64,000 nucleotides of DNA from a bacterium (GCA_030429765.1 JAUIER010000002.1:194239-258238); one strand, 5' to 3'; shown: positions 42,638 through 52,531, counted from the first letter of the stretch. Numbers and translations: made by a program. Notes: a model not told the origin generated them from the sequence alone.

Positions 42638-44398
42638 CTAAACGGCATCATCCGGCGCCGTCACACGCAGCACCTCTTCAATAGTTGTCAAACCTTCCTG
42701 AGCCTTGGTCAAACCGTCTTCGCGCATCGTCCGCATGCCTTCTTTGCGGGCCTGATCTTTGATTTTAAATTCGCCCTTACGGCTGAGGATACATTCACGG
42801 ATACCCGGTGAAACAACCAGAATCTCGGTGATACCTACCCGGCCGATGTAACCGGTATTGAAACATTTTTTACATCCGGCACCGCGGTACATTTCATACG
42901 AATCACTGGGGAACAAACGTGACAGGCCAATCTTTTCCGCTACGGAAGTTTCAACAGTATATTTTTCCTTGCAGTGCGGACAAATACGCCGCAATAGTCG
43001 CTGGGCGACGATGGCCAGCACGGATGAACAAATTAAAAACGGCTCAATCCCCATATTCATCATACGGATCACCGATCCCGCGGCCGTGGTGGTATGTAAT
43101 GAACTTAACACAAGGTGACCGGTCAAAGCGGCTTTGACGGCGATGTCCAGGGTTTCTGAGTCACGAATTTCCCCGATCAAAATAATGTCCGGATCCTGCC
43201 GCAGAATCGACCGCAGACTCGCGGCAAAGGTCAATCCCATCTGCGGCTTGACGTTGACCTGATTGATCGTCGGCATTTGGTATTCAACCGGATCCTCGAC
43301 GGTGACAATATTTTTCTCGGGCGAATCCACATACTTGAGAATCGAATAAAGCGTTGTGGTCTTCCCGCTTCCCGTCGGACCGCAGGTGAGGATCATTCCG
43401 TGCGGCTTGACCGCGCACTCTTTTAAGGCTTCCAGCGAACGGTCCTGAAATCCCAATTTGTCGACATCAAGGACCGTGCCTTCCTGGTCCAAAACCCGCA
43501 GTACAATCTTTTCGCCAAAGGCCGTCGGTAAAACGCTCACCCGAAAATCAACCTCTTTGTTGCCTGACAAAATGGTTTTAAAACGGCCATCCTGCGGCAA
43601 CCGGTGTTCAGATATATCCAGATTGGAGATTACCTTGATGCGGGAGATAATCGGAAAATGCAGCACCTTGGCCAGCCGATCGATCTCACGGATGACCCCG
43701 TCGATTCGATAGCGGATCCGGACCGTCTTTTCCATGGGTTCAATAAAGACGTCACTCGCCTTGGCAATAACCGACTGTTGAATGATCGTATCCGTCAGGC
43801 GGATGATCGGCGCCTCTTCACCAATTTCCTCGACATTACTGGATTCCGCCCCGCCGACACCGTCTTTCACCAGCTCCATTTCTTCGGTATCACGCATGTC
43901 CTGCATGATATCGTCAAAGGTCTCCGAGGCCGCTTCAATCGCGCCTTCCTGCTCCTCCCGTTCAACATCCGCGTAATACTTCTCGATAGCGTCTTCGATC
44001 TCCGCGACCTTGGCGATAATCGGATTGATCGTGTAGCCGGTCAGAGCCTTGACATTGTCGATCGTGAATATATTAAGCGGATCGCCCATCGCGAGCGTCA
44101 AATGCTCACCCATTACCGAAATCGGCATAATCTTGTATTTTTCAGCCAGGGAACGGGGGATGATATCAATAACTTCAGGAAATACTTTCAGGCGGGAAAT
44201 ACTAATGATCGGCAGACCTAAACTTTCACTCAGCACCTGCGACAACGCGTCCTGATCGATCAATTCCATCTTGACCAGAATCCGACTGAGCTCCCCTCCG
44301 GACTTTTGCTGTTCACGCAGCGCTGCGTCCAAATCCTGTGCCGAAATCAAATCATCACGAATTAGTATTTGTTTAAGTCGATCCTTTAAGGAATCCAT
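42638..44398 (-). CDS. second PilB/GspE-family ATPase (paralogue)
   Basis: 586 aa: T2SSE_N domain, an acidic linker, Walker A GPTGSGKTT, and a tetracysteine motif CPHC...CKKC. It lies 8 nt upstream of pilB. Confidence 0.85.
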   Translation of the reverse strand: MDSLKDRLKQILIRDDLISAQDLDAALREQQKSGGELSRILVKMELIDQDALSQVLSESLGLPIISISRLKVFPEVIDIIPRSLAEKYKIMPISVMGEHLTLAMGDPLNIFTIDNVKALTGYTINPIIAKVAEIEDAIEKYYADVEREEQEGAIEAASETFDDIMQDMRDTEEMELVKDGVGGAESSNVEEIGEEAPIIRLTDTIIQQSVIAKASDVFIEPMEKTVRIRYRIDGVIREIDRLAKVLHFPIISRIKVISNLDISEHRLPQDGRFKTILSGNKEVDFRVSVLPTAFGEKIVLRVLDQEGTVLDVDKLGFQDRSLEALKECAVKPHGMILTCGPTGSGKTTTLYSILKYVDSPEKNIVTVEDPVEYQMPTINQVNVKPQMGLTFAASLRSILRQDPDIILIGEIRDSETLDIAVKAALTGHLVLSSLHTTTAAGSVIRMMNMGIEPFLICSSVLAIVAQRLLRRICPHCKEKYTVETSVAEKIGLSRLFPSDSYEMYRGAGCKKCFNTGYIGRVGITEILVVSPGIRECILSRKGEFKIKDQARKEGMRTMREDGLTKAQEGLTTIEEVLRVTAPDDAV

Positions 44399-44847
44399 TA
44401 GTCTGTTTTGTAGTATTTTTCAATAGACTGCTTGATTTCCGTCGTCGTACTGACAAAGGTCTGGATCGTACAACCGGTGAGAATTTCTACATCCTCGGCG
44501 GCTTGAATGTTGAGTGGGTTGGACATGGCGAGCGTCAAGCTTTTACCGATTTTATCGATCGGAATCAGGCAAAATTGCCGACATATATTCTCCGGCACCG
44601 ATTTGATGACCTCATCATCAATCTCGTAATTGGCCAGAGGCAGGTATGGAAATCCATACTGTGAGGTGAGAACCTGCGCGATATCTCTTTCCGTAACAAA
44701 ATTCATCTCAACCAACACCTCACCCAACAGACCCCCCATTTCTTTCTGCTTGGCCAAGGCCAGATTGAGTTGATCATGGCTCAGCGCCCCTTTCTCAATG
44801 AGAAGCTGTCCGATTTGCTTGGTTGAAGTACGCTTGAATTGTTTCAT
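44398..44847 (-). CDS. stand-alone T2SSE_N (GspE N-terminal, MshEN-like) domain protein
   Basis: 149 aa that align with PilB N-domains. Its stop overlaps the ATG of the second ATPase (TAATG). Confidence 0.6.
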   Translation of the reverse strand: MKQFKRTSTKQIGQLLIEKGALSHDQLNLALAKQKEMGGLLGEVLVEMNFVTERDIAQVLTSQYGFPYLPLANYEIDDEVIKSVPENICRQFCLIPIDKIGKSLTLAMSNPLNIQAAEDVEILTGCTIQTFVSTTTEIKQSIEKYYKTD

Positions 44848-44933
44848 GGTTCTCTCTTGTTTATGAAGTTCAGATTATTCAGATTCTACTATAGTTGTCG
44901 CCGGAGTACAAATCTTTAATCAGATAAGTTCCG

Positions 44934-46040
44934 CTAAAATATGGTCCTTTTCTTGCTGAGATTCAGCAAAAAGCCCATCATAATCACTGACACCAAAAAC
45001 GAGGACCGGCCGTAACTGACCAAAGGTAATGTCAGCCCCACAATCGGAAACATCCCGATCACCATCCCGATATTGATAACCACCTGCAGGGTGTAAATTG
45101 AGACTATCCCCATGGTCACGATCATGCCGAACCGGTCTTTCATCTGCGCGGCAATCTGTATACTAGTCATGATAAGTATAAAATATAAAAACAGTAATGT
45201 CATCGTCCCGATCAATCCCCACTCCTCACCAATCACTGAAAAGATAAAATCGGTGTGCCGTTCAGGCAGGAAATTCAGCTGGTTCTGGGTCCCGGACAGC
45301 CAGCCCTTGCCGAAGATCTGCCCGGATCCGATGGCAATCTTGGATTGAATAATCGTATAGCCGGCCCCCAAAGGATCGATATTCGGATTCAAGAAGACCA
45401 GTAAGCGGTCTTTCTGGTAGGGTTTAAGGATCAGCCAGGCAAATGGGGATAGCACGGTACATAGTCCCAGGAACCCGAACACAATCTTATAGTCGATGCC
45501 GCCGGCAAACACCATTGTGATAAACATCCCGCCCAGCAACAAGGATGTCCCCAGATCCGGCTGTTTGAAGATCAGGAGCATCAAGAGGCCTGTCATCCCC
45601 AATGGAAACAGAAATTGGCGCACAAATTCCTGCGTCTTGGTAAAAAAGCCGAACGAGAGCACAGGTTTGCGGTCGCTAATGTAGCGTCCGAGCGCCAGGA
45701 TCAGCGCCAACTTGGAGAGTTCCGAGGGTTGAAAGCTGATCGGTCCCAACTGAATCCAGCGCGTCGCCCCTAACGCATGACGCCCCATCACCAAAACCAG
45801 AATCAGCAACACCACATTTAACGCGTAGAATCCGTAGGCCACATCATAAAACCGCCGGTAGTCAATCTTGGACAGGATATACATGACGATAAATCCCAGC
45901 CCGGCACATACCAGTTGATCATAAAAAATCCGTTGAGTCACACGGACATTGTCATAGGTGGCGCTGTAAAGCGCAATCAACCCCATCCCGATGATCAAGA
46001 TCGTGCAGCCCCACAATACTTTTTCAAGCGTCAGTCTCAT
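44934..46040 (-). CDS. rodA: rod shape-determining protein RodA (SEDS family)
   Basis: 368 aa polytopic membrane protein, downstream of mrdA. Confidence 0.85.
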   Translation of the reverse strand: MRLTLEKVLWGCTILIIGMGLIALYSATYDNVRVTQRIFYDQLVCAGLGFIVMYILSKIDYRRFYDVAYGFYALNVVLLILVLVMGRHALGATRWIQLGPISFQPSELSKLALILALGRYISDRKPVLSFGFFTKTQEFVRQFLFPLGMTGLLMLLIFKQPDLGTSLLLGGMFITMVFAGGIDYKIVFGFLGLCTVLSPFAWLILKPYQKDRLLVFLNPNIDPLGAGYTIIQSKIAIGSGQIFGKGWLSGTQNQLNFLPERHTDFIFSVIGEEWGLIGTMTLLFLYFILIMTSIQIAAQMKDRFGMIVTMGIVSIYTLQVVINIGMVIGMFPIVGLTLPLVSYGRSSFLVSVIMMGFLLNLSKKRTIF

Positions 46041-46042
46041 TG

Positions 46043-47758
46043 TTAAATCAATCCGTCCCGTTTCATATGTAACAGCAATTGCCGGGTGATATTTACCGCG
46101 TTATGAGAAGATCCGCCGTGTTCCAGAAATACACAAAACGCCATATGTCCCTTGTCACTTTTGGTGTACCCCGCGAACCAGGCATGGTGATCTTTGTTCG
46201 GCGCCGACTGTGCCGTGCCTGTCTTTCCGGCGACGAAGATCTCGCGATTGTCCAGATCATGGGCCGTTCCTGTGTAATCGGTGACCGTCGCGCGCATACC
46301 CCGCTTGACCACCTTAAAGATTTCCTCGTCGATGTCTAACTGCCGCCTGTAATCAAACTGATTGACTTCAACGCCTCCGATCGATTTAATCAGATGCGGC
46401 CGAACCTCAACACCATCGTTGGCAATCGTTGACATCATCTGCGTTAATTGCAGCGGTGTACTTAAGACATCGCCCTGACCAATTGAAAAATTCAATGTGT
46501 CCCCCGGATACCATTGTCTCTTTTTGGATAATAATCCCTGCTTGCGATTGGGAATATGCCCCTGGGCCTCGTATGGCAGATCTATGTGCGTGAGCTGCCC
46601 CAATCCAAACATCAACGCGTATTGCGTAAGCAGATCGGCCCCCACCTTTAACCCCATCCGGTAGTAGTAGACATTGCACGAGTGGGCGATGGATTCGACC
46701 AGGTTTTGATCGCCATGAGGATAGGTGCAACCAAAACGAATCCCGCCCATCTGATGAAATCCCTTACAGTGATATGTCGAACTGGGCTTGATCTTTTTGG
46801 TGTGCAGCCCGCAGATCGCCACTGGAATCTTGAACACCGATCCCGGCGGAAACCGTCCGCTGATGGCCCGGTTCATCATCGGCGAATTCTCGTTGTTAAA
46901 GACATTGCCCTCCGCCTTTCGGATCTTGGGGTCAACAAAATAGTTGGGATCAAAACTTGGGGCGCTGGTCATGCCGATGATCTCGCCCGTCGCCGTATCC
47001 ATCATAACGATGGCTCCGGGACGATTACCCAAATATTTGGCCGCCAGCTCCTGCACACGGCTGTCGAGGGTCAGGGCAATATCTTTACCGCGCACCGGCT
47101 CCTTGAGGCTCAGCAACCGCACCTGCTGCCCGCGGCTGTTAACTTCGACCTGCAGTCCGCCTTCATCCCCCCGCAAATTGAGATCATAATACTCTTCAAT
47201 CCCGGACTGTCCGACAACGCTCAGCGGCGAGTAACCATATTCTTTATAGCGCTTGATCGACGACCGATTGACCTTACCCACATAACCCAATACATGCGCG
47301 GAATTATTCTTCAGCGGATAATAGCGCTTGAAATTTTCCTCAACAAATAGACTTGGAAACCGATAACGGTTTTCTTCCAGAACAATCGCCTGCTGCTGGG
47401 CGATATCCGCCATCAATTGAACCGGCGCGAACGGAGTATTCTTCTTGGACTTGTATTGACGGATCAACCGGTCCTTATCCACCTCCAGCGTCTCACTCAA
47501 AAAATCAAAAAGAGAATCCATATCTTCGATCGCCTGAGGTGTAATCATCACATTATAGGCGATGCGGTTTTCAGCGATCGACACGCCATTGCGGTCATAA
47601 ATCCGTCCGCGCCAGCCTTCCATCGGCACAACCCGAATACGATTATTTGTACTCAAGTTGAAATAATATCCGCCCTTAACCGCCTGAACGTAAAACAGAC
47701 TCCCGGCGATGGACAAAAAAGCAATTATGACGACTATCCTAACAATCTTAATGCGCAT
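46043..47758 (-). CDS. mrdA: penicillin-binding protein 2
   Basis: 571 aa: N-terminal TM segment, SVFK (SXXK) motif, KTGTA motif. Confidence 0.9.
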   Translation of the reverse strand: MRIKIVRIVVIIAFLSIAGSLFYVQAVKGGYYFNLSTNNRIRVVPMEGWRGRIYDRNGVSIAENRIAYNVMITPQAIEDMDSLFDFLSETLEVDKDRLIRQYKSKKNTPFAPVQLMADIAQQQAIVLEENRYRFPSLFVEENFKRYYPLKNNSAHVLGYVGKVNRSSIKRYKEYGYSPLSVVGQSGIEEYYDLNLRGDEGGLQVEVNSRGQQVRLLSLKEPVRGKDIALTLDSRVQELAAKYLGNRPGAIVMMDTATGEIIGMTSAPSFDPNYFVDPKIRKAEGNVFNNENSPMMNRAISGRFPPGSVFKIPVAICGLHTKKIKPSSTYHCKGFHQMGGIRFGCTYPHGDQNLVESIAHSCNVYYYRMGLKVGADLLTQYALMFGLGQLTHIDLPYEAQGHIPNRKQGLLSKKRQWYPGDTLNFSIGQGDVLSTPLQLTQMMSTIANDGVEVRPHLIKSIGGVEVNQFDYRRQLDIDEEIFKVVKRGMRATVTDYTGTAHDLDNREIFVAGKTGTAQSAPNKDHHAWFAGYTKSDKGHMAFCVFLEHGGSSHNAVNITRQLLLHMKRDGLI

Positions 47759-48213
47759 CGTTTCAGTTTCCTAAATACATACCCGGTGACGAACAGCGTC
47801 GAGATAATCTCCGGAAGCATGATAATCTTGATGACCAATCCCAGCTGATGGATATTCTGGGAAATGATACATTGAAGAGATAAATTCAGCAAACAAATCA
47901 GGAACACCACGGAAAAGAGAGTCACCGGATTTCCTTTCTGGTAAATGAGCTTGGAAATCACCGTGGTCATAAACGCGCTGAACACAAACGCGAATGAATA
48001 AAACCCGAACAGATAAACCCCGAAACTGTCCTTAAAAACTCCGCCGAGAACTGCGGCCAGCAGACTGTATCGGATCCCCAGCGACAAATTGAGGTAAATG
48101 ATCAGCAATAGCAACAGATTTGGCGTGTACTTCTGTCCAATAAGATTGATGCACAGAAGTTCAACAAAAAAGAACAGGCACACCGCCGCCACAGCTAAGA
48201 ATATTTTCTTCAT
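47734..48213 (-). CDS. mreD: rod shape-determining protein MreD
   Basis: 159 aa hydrophobic protein, positioned between mreC and mrdA. Confidence 0.6.
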   Translation of the reverse strand: MKKIFLAVAAVCLFFFVELLCINLIGQKYTPNLLLLLIIYLNLSLGIRYSLLAAVLGGVFKDSFGVYLFGFYSFAFVFSAFMTTVISKLIYQKGNPVTLFSVVFLICLLNLSLQCIISQNIHQLGLVIKIIMLPEIISTLFVTGYVFRKLKRCALRLLG

Positions 48214-48215
48214 GA

Positions 48216-48998
48216 CTATTTACTGAGGATTAAGACTTCTTCCAACTGAGAAAATGATACCGCCGGTTGAACAATACATTCCTTGGACATATTCGTGCGT
48301 CCCGGTCTGATTTCGATCACATCGCCAATGACCAAACTTTCCGGAAATGTGGTACTGAGTTTGGAGGTGATCACCTTGTCCCCGACGCGGATATCGGCAT
48401 TTTCTTTGACAAACTTGAGGCGGCACATCCCCTCCAGCGTGCCGGATATAACCCCACTTTCCCGCGAACGCTGCACCATCACGGCCACACTGAACTGCGG
48501 ATCCGTCAGCATGATGACTTTGGAATTTTGACCACTGACTTCGGCAATCTTGCCGACGACACCGATCTCATTTACCACGGGCTGCCCCAACTCGACCCCG
48601 TCGTCTTCGCCCTTATCAATAATAAAAGATGAGTTCCAGCGGGAAAGATCTCGCCCTACCACACTGGCGGCCGAAGCCGAGTAAACCAGTCGACGCTTAA
48701 AATCCAGCAGTTTCTCGAGGCGTGTATTTTCGCGGACGACCTCCTCCATCCCGACCAGCCGAGTCTTGAGACGATCCACTTCAAGTTTCTTTTTTTTGTA
48801 CTCCTCGAAGGTACGATGGTAGTAGAGGATTTTCTTTAATTCAATCAGCGGAAAAGACACAATGCGGATAGGGCCGGAGAATAGATTGGCCACCGTAAAC
48901 TTAAACGAGCCAAATAGTTTTGTTCGTGAAAAAAACAGGAAAAAAGGAATGAGAAGAATGAAGAGATAAACTAGATTTTTTCGATTATACTTGAACAC
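48216..48998 (-). CDS. mreC: rod shape-determining protein MreC
   Basis: 260 aa: TM segment, coiled coil, beta domain. Confidence 0.8.
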   Translation of the reverse strand: MFKYNRKNLVYLFILLIPFFLFFSRTKLFGSFKFTVANLFSGPIRIVSFPLIELKKILYYHRTFEEYKKKKLEVDRLKTRLVGMEEVVRENTRLEKLLDFKRRLVYSASAASVVGRDLSRWNSSFIIDKGEDDGVELGQPVVNEIGVVGKIAEVSGQNSKVIMLTDPQFSVAVMVQRSRESGVISGTLEGMCRLKFVKENADIRVGDKVITSKLSTTFPESLVIGDVIEIRPGRTNMSKECIVQPAVSFSQLEEVLILSK

Positions 48999-49059
48999 AT
49001 CAAGTCAACAGAAAGAGATAATATTGAGTTTATGTTTTGTATATCGAATCAACGATGAG

Positions 49060-50136
49060 CTAGAAATCCAGCTTGGTTTGAACGGTAATGCGACGTCGGA
49101 ACTGATTCGGCATGCTTAACATTTGGCCCGTCCCCAACACAACCGCGGTCAGCGGATCATCGGCAATGTGAACGGGAAGCCCGGTTTCTTCGGCGATGCG
49201 TTTGTCGAGACCGCGCAGCAACGATCCGCCGCCCGCCATCACGATCCCGCGGTCGATCAAGTCCGCTGAAAGCTCCGGAGGTGTCTGTTCCAGCGTAGAC
49301 TTAGAGGCGTCAACAATCGCCTGGACAGGATCAAACAAGGCCTCACGAATCTCCATCGAGGTGATTGAAATGGTCTTGGGCAGACCGGAAATCAGATCAC
49401 GCCCGCGCACATCCATATTGAGTTCTTCTTCCATCGGATAGGCCGACCCGATGCGAATCTTGATCTCCTCGGCGGTACGCTCGCCCGTCATCAGGTTATA
49501 GGTCTTTCGCAAATACTCGATAATCGCCTGGTCCATCTCGTCTCCGGCAATACGAATGCTCTTCGCGTACACCAATCCCCCCATTGAAATAACGGCAAAT
49601 TCGGTGGTACCACCTCCGATATCGACGATCATATTTCCCGCCGCTTCCTCCACCGGCAGTCCGACACCGATCGCGGCCGCCTTCGGCTCTTCGACCAGCT
49701 CGACAGAGCGGGCTCCGGCACGTTCCGCTGAATCGCGGACCGCCCGTTTTTCCACGGCCGTAATTCCCGACGGAATGGCGATGACCATGGCCGGGCTCAA
49801 CAGTTTGCGGCGTCCATGGACCTTGCGGATAAAGTATTTAAGCATGGCTTCGGTGATCTCGAAATCAGAAATGACCCCGTCTTTCATGGGGCGTATGGCA
49901 ATGATATTGCCCGGCGTGCGACCCAACATCTTTTTGGCATCCTCTCCCACGGCCACGACACGATTCGAGTCCTTCTCGATGGCCACAACCGAAGGTTCAC
50001 ACAGCACAACACCTTCACCTTTTACAAAGACCAAAGTCGTTGCGGTACCTAAATCTATGCCGATATCATTGGAGAATAAACCGAGGATGTAATTAACGCC
50101 TTTTCGACCAATCTTAAAAACTCTTTGTAACACCAA
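49060..50136 (-). CDS. mreB: rod shape-determining protein MreB
   Basis: Actin-like fold ([11 protein letters not shown]...). Start is TTG or GTG, with a short N-terminal extension. Confidence 0.92.
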   Translation of the reverse strand: MVLQRVFKIGRKGVNYILGLFSNDIGIDLGTATTLVFVKGEGVVLCEPSVVAIEKDSNRVVAVGEDAKKMLGRTPGNIIAIRPMKDGVISDFEITEAMLKYFIRKVHGRRKLLSPAMVIAIPSGITAVEKRAVRDSAERAGARSVELVEEPKAAAIGVGLPVEEAAGNMIVDIGGGTTEFAVISMGGLVYAKSIRIAGDEMDQAIIEYLRKTYNLMTGERTAEEIKIRIGSAYPMEEELNMDVRGRDLISGLPKTISITSMEIREALFDPVQAIVDASKSTLEQTPPELSADLIDRGIVMAGGGSLLRGLDKRIAEETGLPVHIADDPLTAVVLGTGQMLSMPNQFRRRITVQTKLDF

Positions 50137-50303
50137 GATTACCTTTGGGTTAAGACTGTCCCACGACGGCGGGCAGACGTAAATCTAAACCGTGCCTCGC
50201 GTGCTAGACACACGCGAAACCTAATTCTGGGTCGATAACTTGCCTAATAATATATGAAAAGAAAAAATAAGTCAAACGATTTCTAGAACGCAAATAATGA
50301 CAA

Positions 50304-51590
50304 CTATTTCGGTAAAACCTTAGCGCCAATAGATTTAAAATCTTTGATAAACCCCGGATAGGATTTGTTGATGCAGTGAATATCCCTTAGCCGGACACCG
50401 ACTTTCAGTCCTAGCACACAAAACGCCATCGCCAATCGATGATCGCGATGAGGATCGAGCAACCGGTCGGTTACAGGATTTTCGAGTGGATTGATCGTCA
50501 TCTGGTCGGCTGTTTCCCGGATACGGGCCCCAACCTTTTCCAGCTCCTGACGCAGGTCCGTAATGCGGTCTGATTCCTTGACCCGGGCATGACCAATATC
50601 AACAAATGTTGTGGGCCGATTAGCGAAAAGGGCCAGGACACTCAGAATCGGCAGCAAATCCGGACAATGTTTCAGAGAAAACCGCCGTCCCCGCAGTTTC
50701 ACCGGCCCCTTGACCCGGATCGAGCGGCTGGTTTTGCGAAGGATGACACCCATGCGCTCGAGGATGGGATAAATGTGACCGTCGGCCTGCAGCATGCCGG
50801 TATTGAGATGCCCCGTAAGCCGGACGTCCGAATCAGTCAGCACCGCGGCGGCCAATAGAAAGGCCGCGAGACCATCATCGGATGGGACAGTAAAACGCTT
50901 AAGCCCCCGGTACTTCTGCCGACCCGGCACCACAAAACGACGCGGCGACTTTTGGTCAATAGTGATACCGGCCCGTTGCAGCACATCCAGGGTCATATCG
51001 ATATAATCCCGGCTGACCAACTTGCCTTCGAGCATGAGCTCCGACGTGTCGGACAGTTGCGGCAAGGTCATCAGTAGCGCCGAGATAAACTGACTGCTGA
51101 TCGACCCGTCAATCGACACGCGGCCCGGCTGCATCGATCCGCCACGGATCTGAATGGGAATACCATCCTCACTCCCTTTCCCATCGATATCCACACCCAT
51201 CGCACGGATGGTCTCAACCAAAAACCGATTGGGCCGTCCGACAAGCGTGCCGGATCCATCGATCACCGTCGGAGACTCCCTTAATGAAGCCAATGGCAAA
51301 AGTAGTCGCAAGGCCGTTCCCGATTCCTTGACGTTGATTGACTTGGGCAATGCCTTCTTGGGATCGGCCTTGACCGACCAGCAATTGTCTTCATCTTTCC
51401 CGACATCAGCCCCTAATGCCTGCGCCACGCGCGAAGCCACAAGGCTATCATCGCAATCGGATGGGTGAATAATCTGTGAACGACCGCCAAGTGCGGCTAC
51501 AATAAACGCGCGGATCGAATAGGATTTAGACGCCGGCAGGAACACACTTCCCTTGAGCTGGTCTGTTGTTGGAATATGATAAGTGGTCAT
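50304..51590 (-). CDS. aroA: 3-phosphoshikimate 1-carboxyvinyltransferase (EPSP synthase)
   Basis: LPASKSYSIRA motif; 428 aa. Confidence 0.9.
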   Translation of the reverse strand: MTTYHIPTTDQLKGSVFLPASKSYSIRAFIVAALGGRSQIIHPSDCDDSLVASRVAQALGADVGKDEDNCWSVKADPKKALPKSINVKESGTALRLLLPLASLRESPTVIDGSGTLVGRPNRFLVETIRAMGVDIDGKGSEDGIPIQIRGGSMQPGRVSIDGSISSQFISALLMTLPQLSDTSELMLEGKLVSRDYIDMTLDVLQRAGITIDQKSPRRFVVPGRQKYRGLKRFTVPSDDGLAAFLLAAAVLTDSDVRLTGHLNTGMLQADGHIYPILERMGVILRKTSRSIRVKGPVKLRGRRFSLKHCPDLLPILSVLALFANRPTTFVDIGHARVKESDRITDLRQELEKVGARIRETADQMTINPLENPVTDRLLDPHRDHRLAMAFCVLGLKVGVRLRDIHCINKSYPGFIKDFKSIGAKVLPK

Positions 51591-52531
51591 TTGGAAATGA
51601 CTTGATCGTTTTTGCGGACCTGACCGCTGGTGAGTGGCGGAATAAAATCGGCGGCTGCCATTTCCGCTTGGGTACGGGTGATCTTGATATCACCGAGATA
51701 GTTGTCGCCGCGGTAGACGGACATGAACATGCCCTTTTGAACGCCGTCCTTTTCGCCAAGATTGATAACCACAAATTCGGTTTCAACATCGACGCTGAGA
51801 ATACGGCCATTGGCATCACCGCCGACAGGCTCTCCCACGATTTGCGCGACGAGATCATCGCCTTCCTGATCAGATGGTTGGGTCACGACTATTTCACCCA
51901 ATTTGATATCAGCATCATCACTGCCGCGTTGGGCCATACGCGCATTGGCCTGGCGGACCGCCGATGCAGCCGCGGCTCTTGTCGCGGCGGCTTGATTGGC
52001 CGCACTGGCAGCCTGCTTGGAAAGCTCATCCACCTTTTTGCGCAGTGTTTCCAGCTCTTCGTTCTGCTGGATTAATTCTTTATTTCGGTTTAACTCAACC
52101 TTGAGCTTGGCCTCAAGTTCCATGATCTTTTGCTCATAATCACCAAGCTTCGTGGAAATCTGTGAATTGAGATCGCCTTTTTCTTTCTTGAGCTTCTCAA
52201 TCTGCTCCTTGAAGACCAATGTTTCCTTCTTGATCTCTTCGCGTAATCCTTTTTCCAGTTCAATCTCGTCGAGCAGACTATTGATGCGCGCGTCAGCTTC
52301 TTTGTTCTTTTCGTCCAACAAGAAATTTTTCTTCTCGATCTCTTTGAGCTCAGCCTTGACTTTTTCAAATTCCTTTTCGATGGTCGCCACATTACTTTCG
52401 GCTGTTTTACGCCGGTCGATTTCCACGTTGTAGAAAAACATGGATAAGGCCGTAAGGGTAATCAGCAGAATTCCGATAATCACTAGAAATATTGTTAAAA
52501 CCTTGCCGCTACGATTGTTTTGTAAAGTCAT
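51587..52531 (-). CDS. membrane-anchored coiled-coil protein with a C-terminal beta-rich domain, unknown function
   Basis: N-terminal TM segment, about 170 aa of K/E-rich coiled coil, an Ala/Gln-rich linker, and an approximately 90-aa C-terminal domain (GRILSVDVETEFVVINLGEKDGVQKGMFMSVYR). It overlaps the aroA start by 4 nt. Confidence 0.5.
   Translation of the reverse strand: MTLQNNRSGKVLTIFLVIIGILLITLTALSMFFYNVEIDRRKTAESNVATIEKEFEKVKAELKEIEKKNFLLDEKNKEADARINSLLDEIELEKGLREEIKKETLVFKEQIEKLKKEKGDLNSQISTKLGDYEQKIMELEAKLKVELNRNKELIQQNEELETLRKKVDELSKQAASAANQAAATRAAAASAVRQANARMAQRGSDDADIKLGEIVVTQPSDQEGDDLVAQIVGEPVGGDANGRILSVDVETEFVVINLGEKDGVQKGMFMSVYRGDNYLGDIKITRTQAEMAAADFIPPLTSGQVRKNDQVISK

Noticed and set aside
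50190-50225. Hairpin TCGCGTG-CTAGACA-CACGCGA downstream of aroA, as a possible terminator
   Set aside because: It is followed on the minus strand by GGUUUAGAUUU rather than a clean U-tract, so it is at best weak. I did not call it as a feature.
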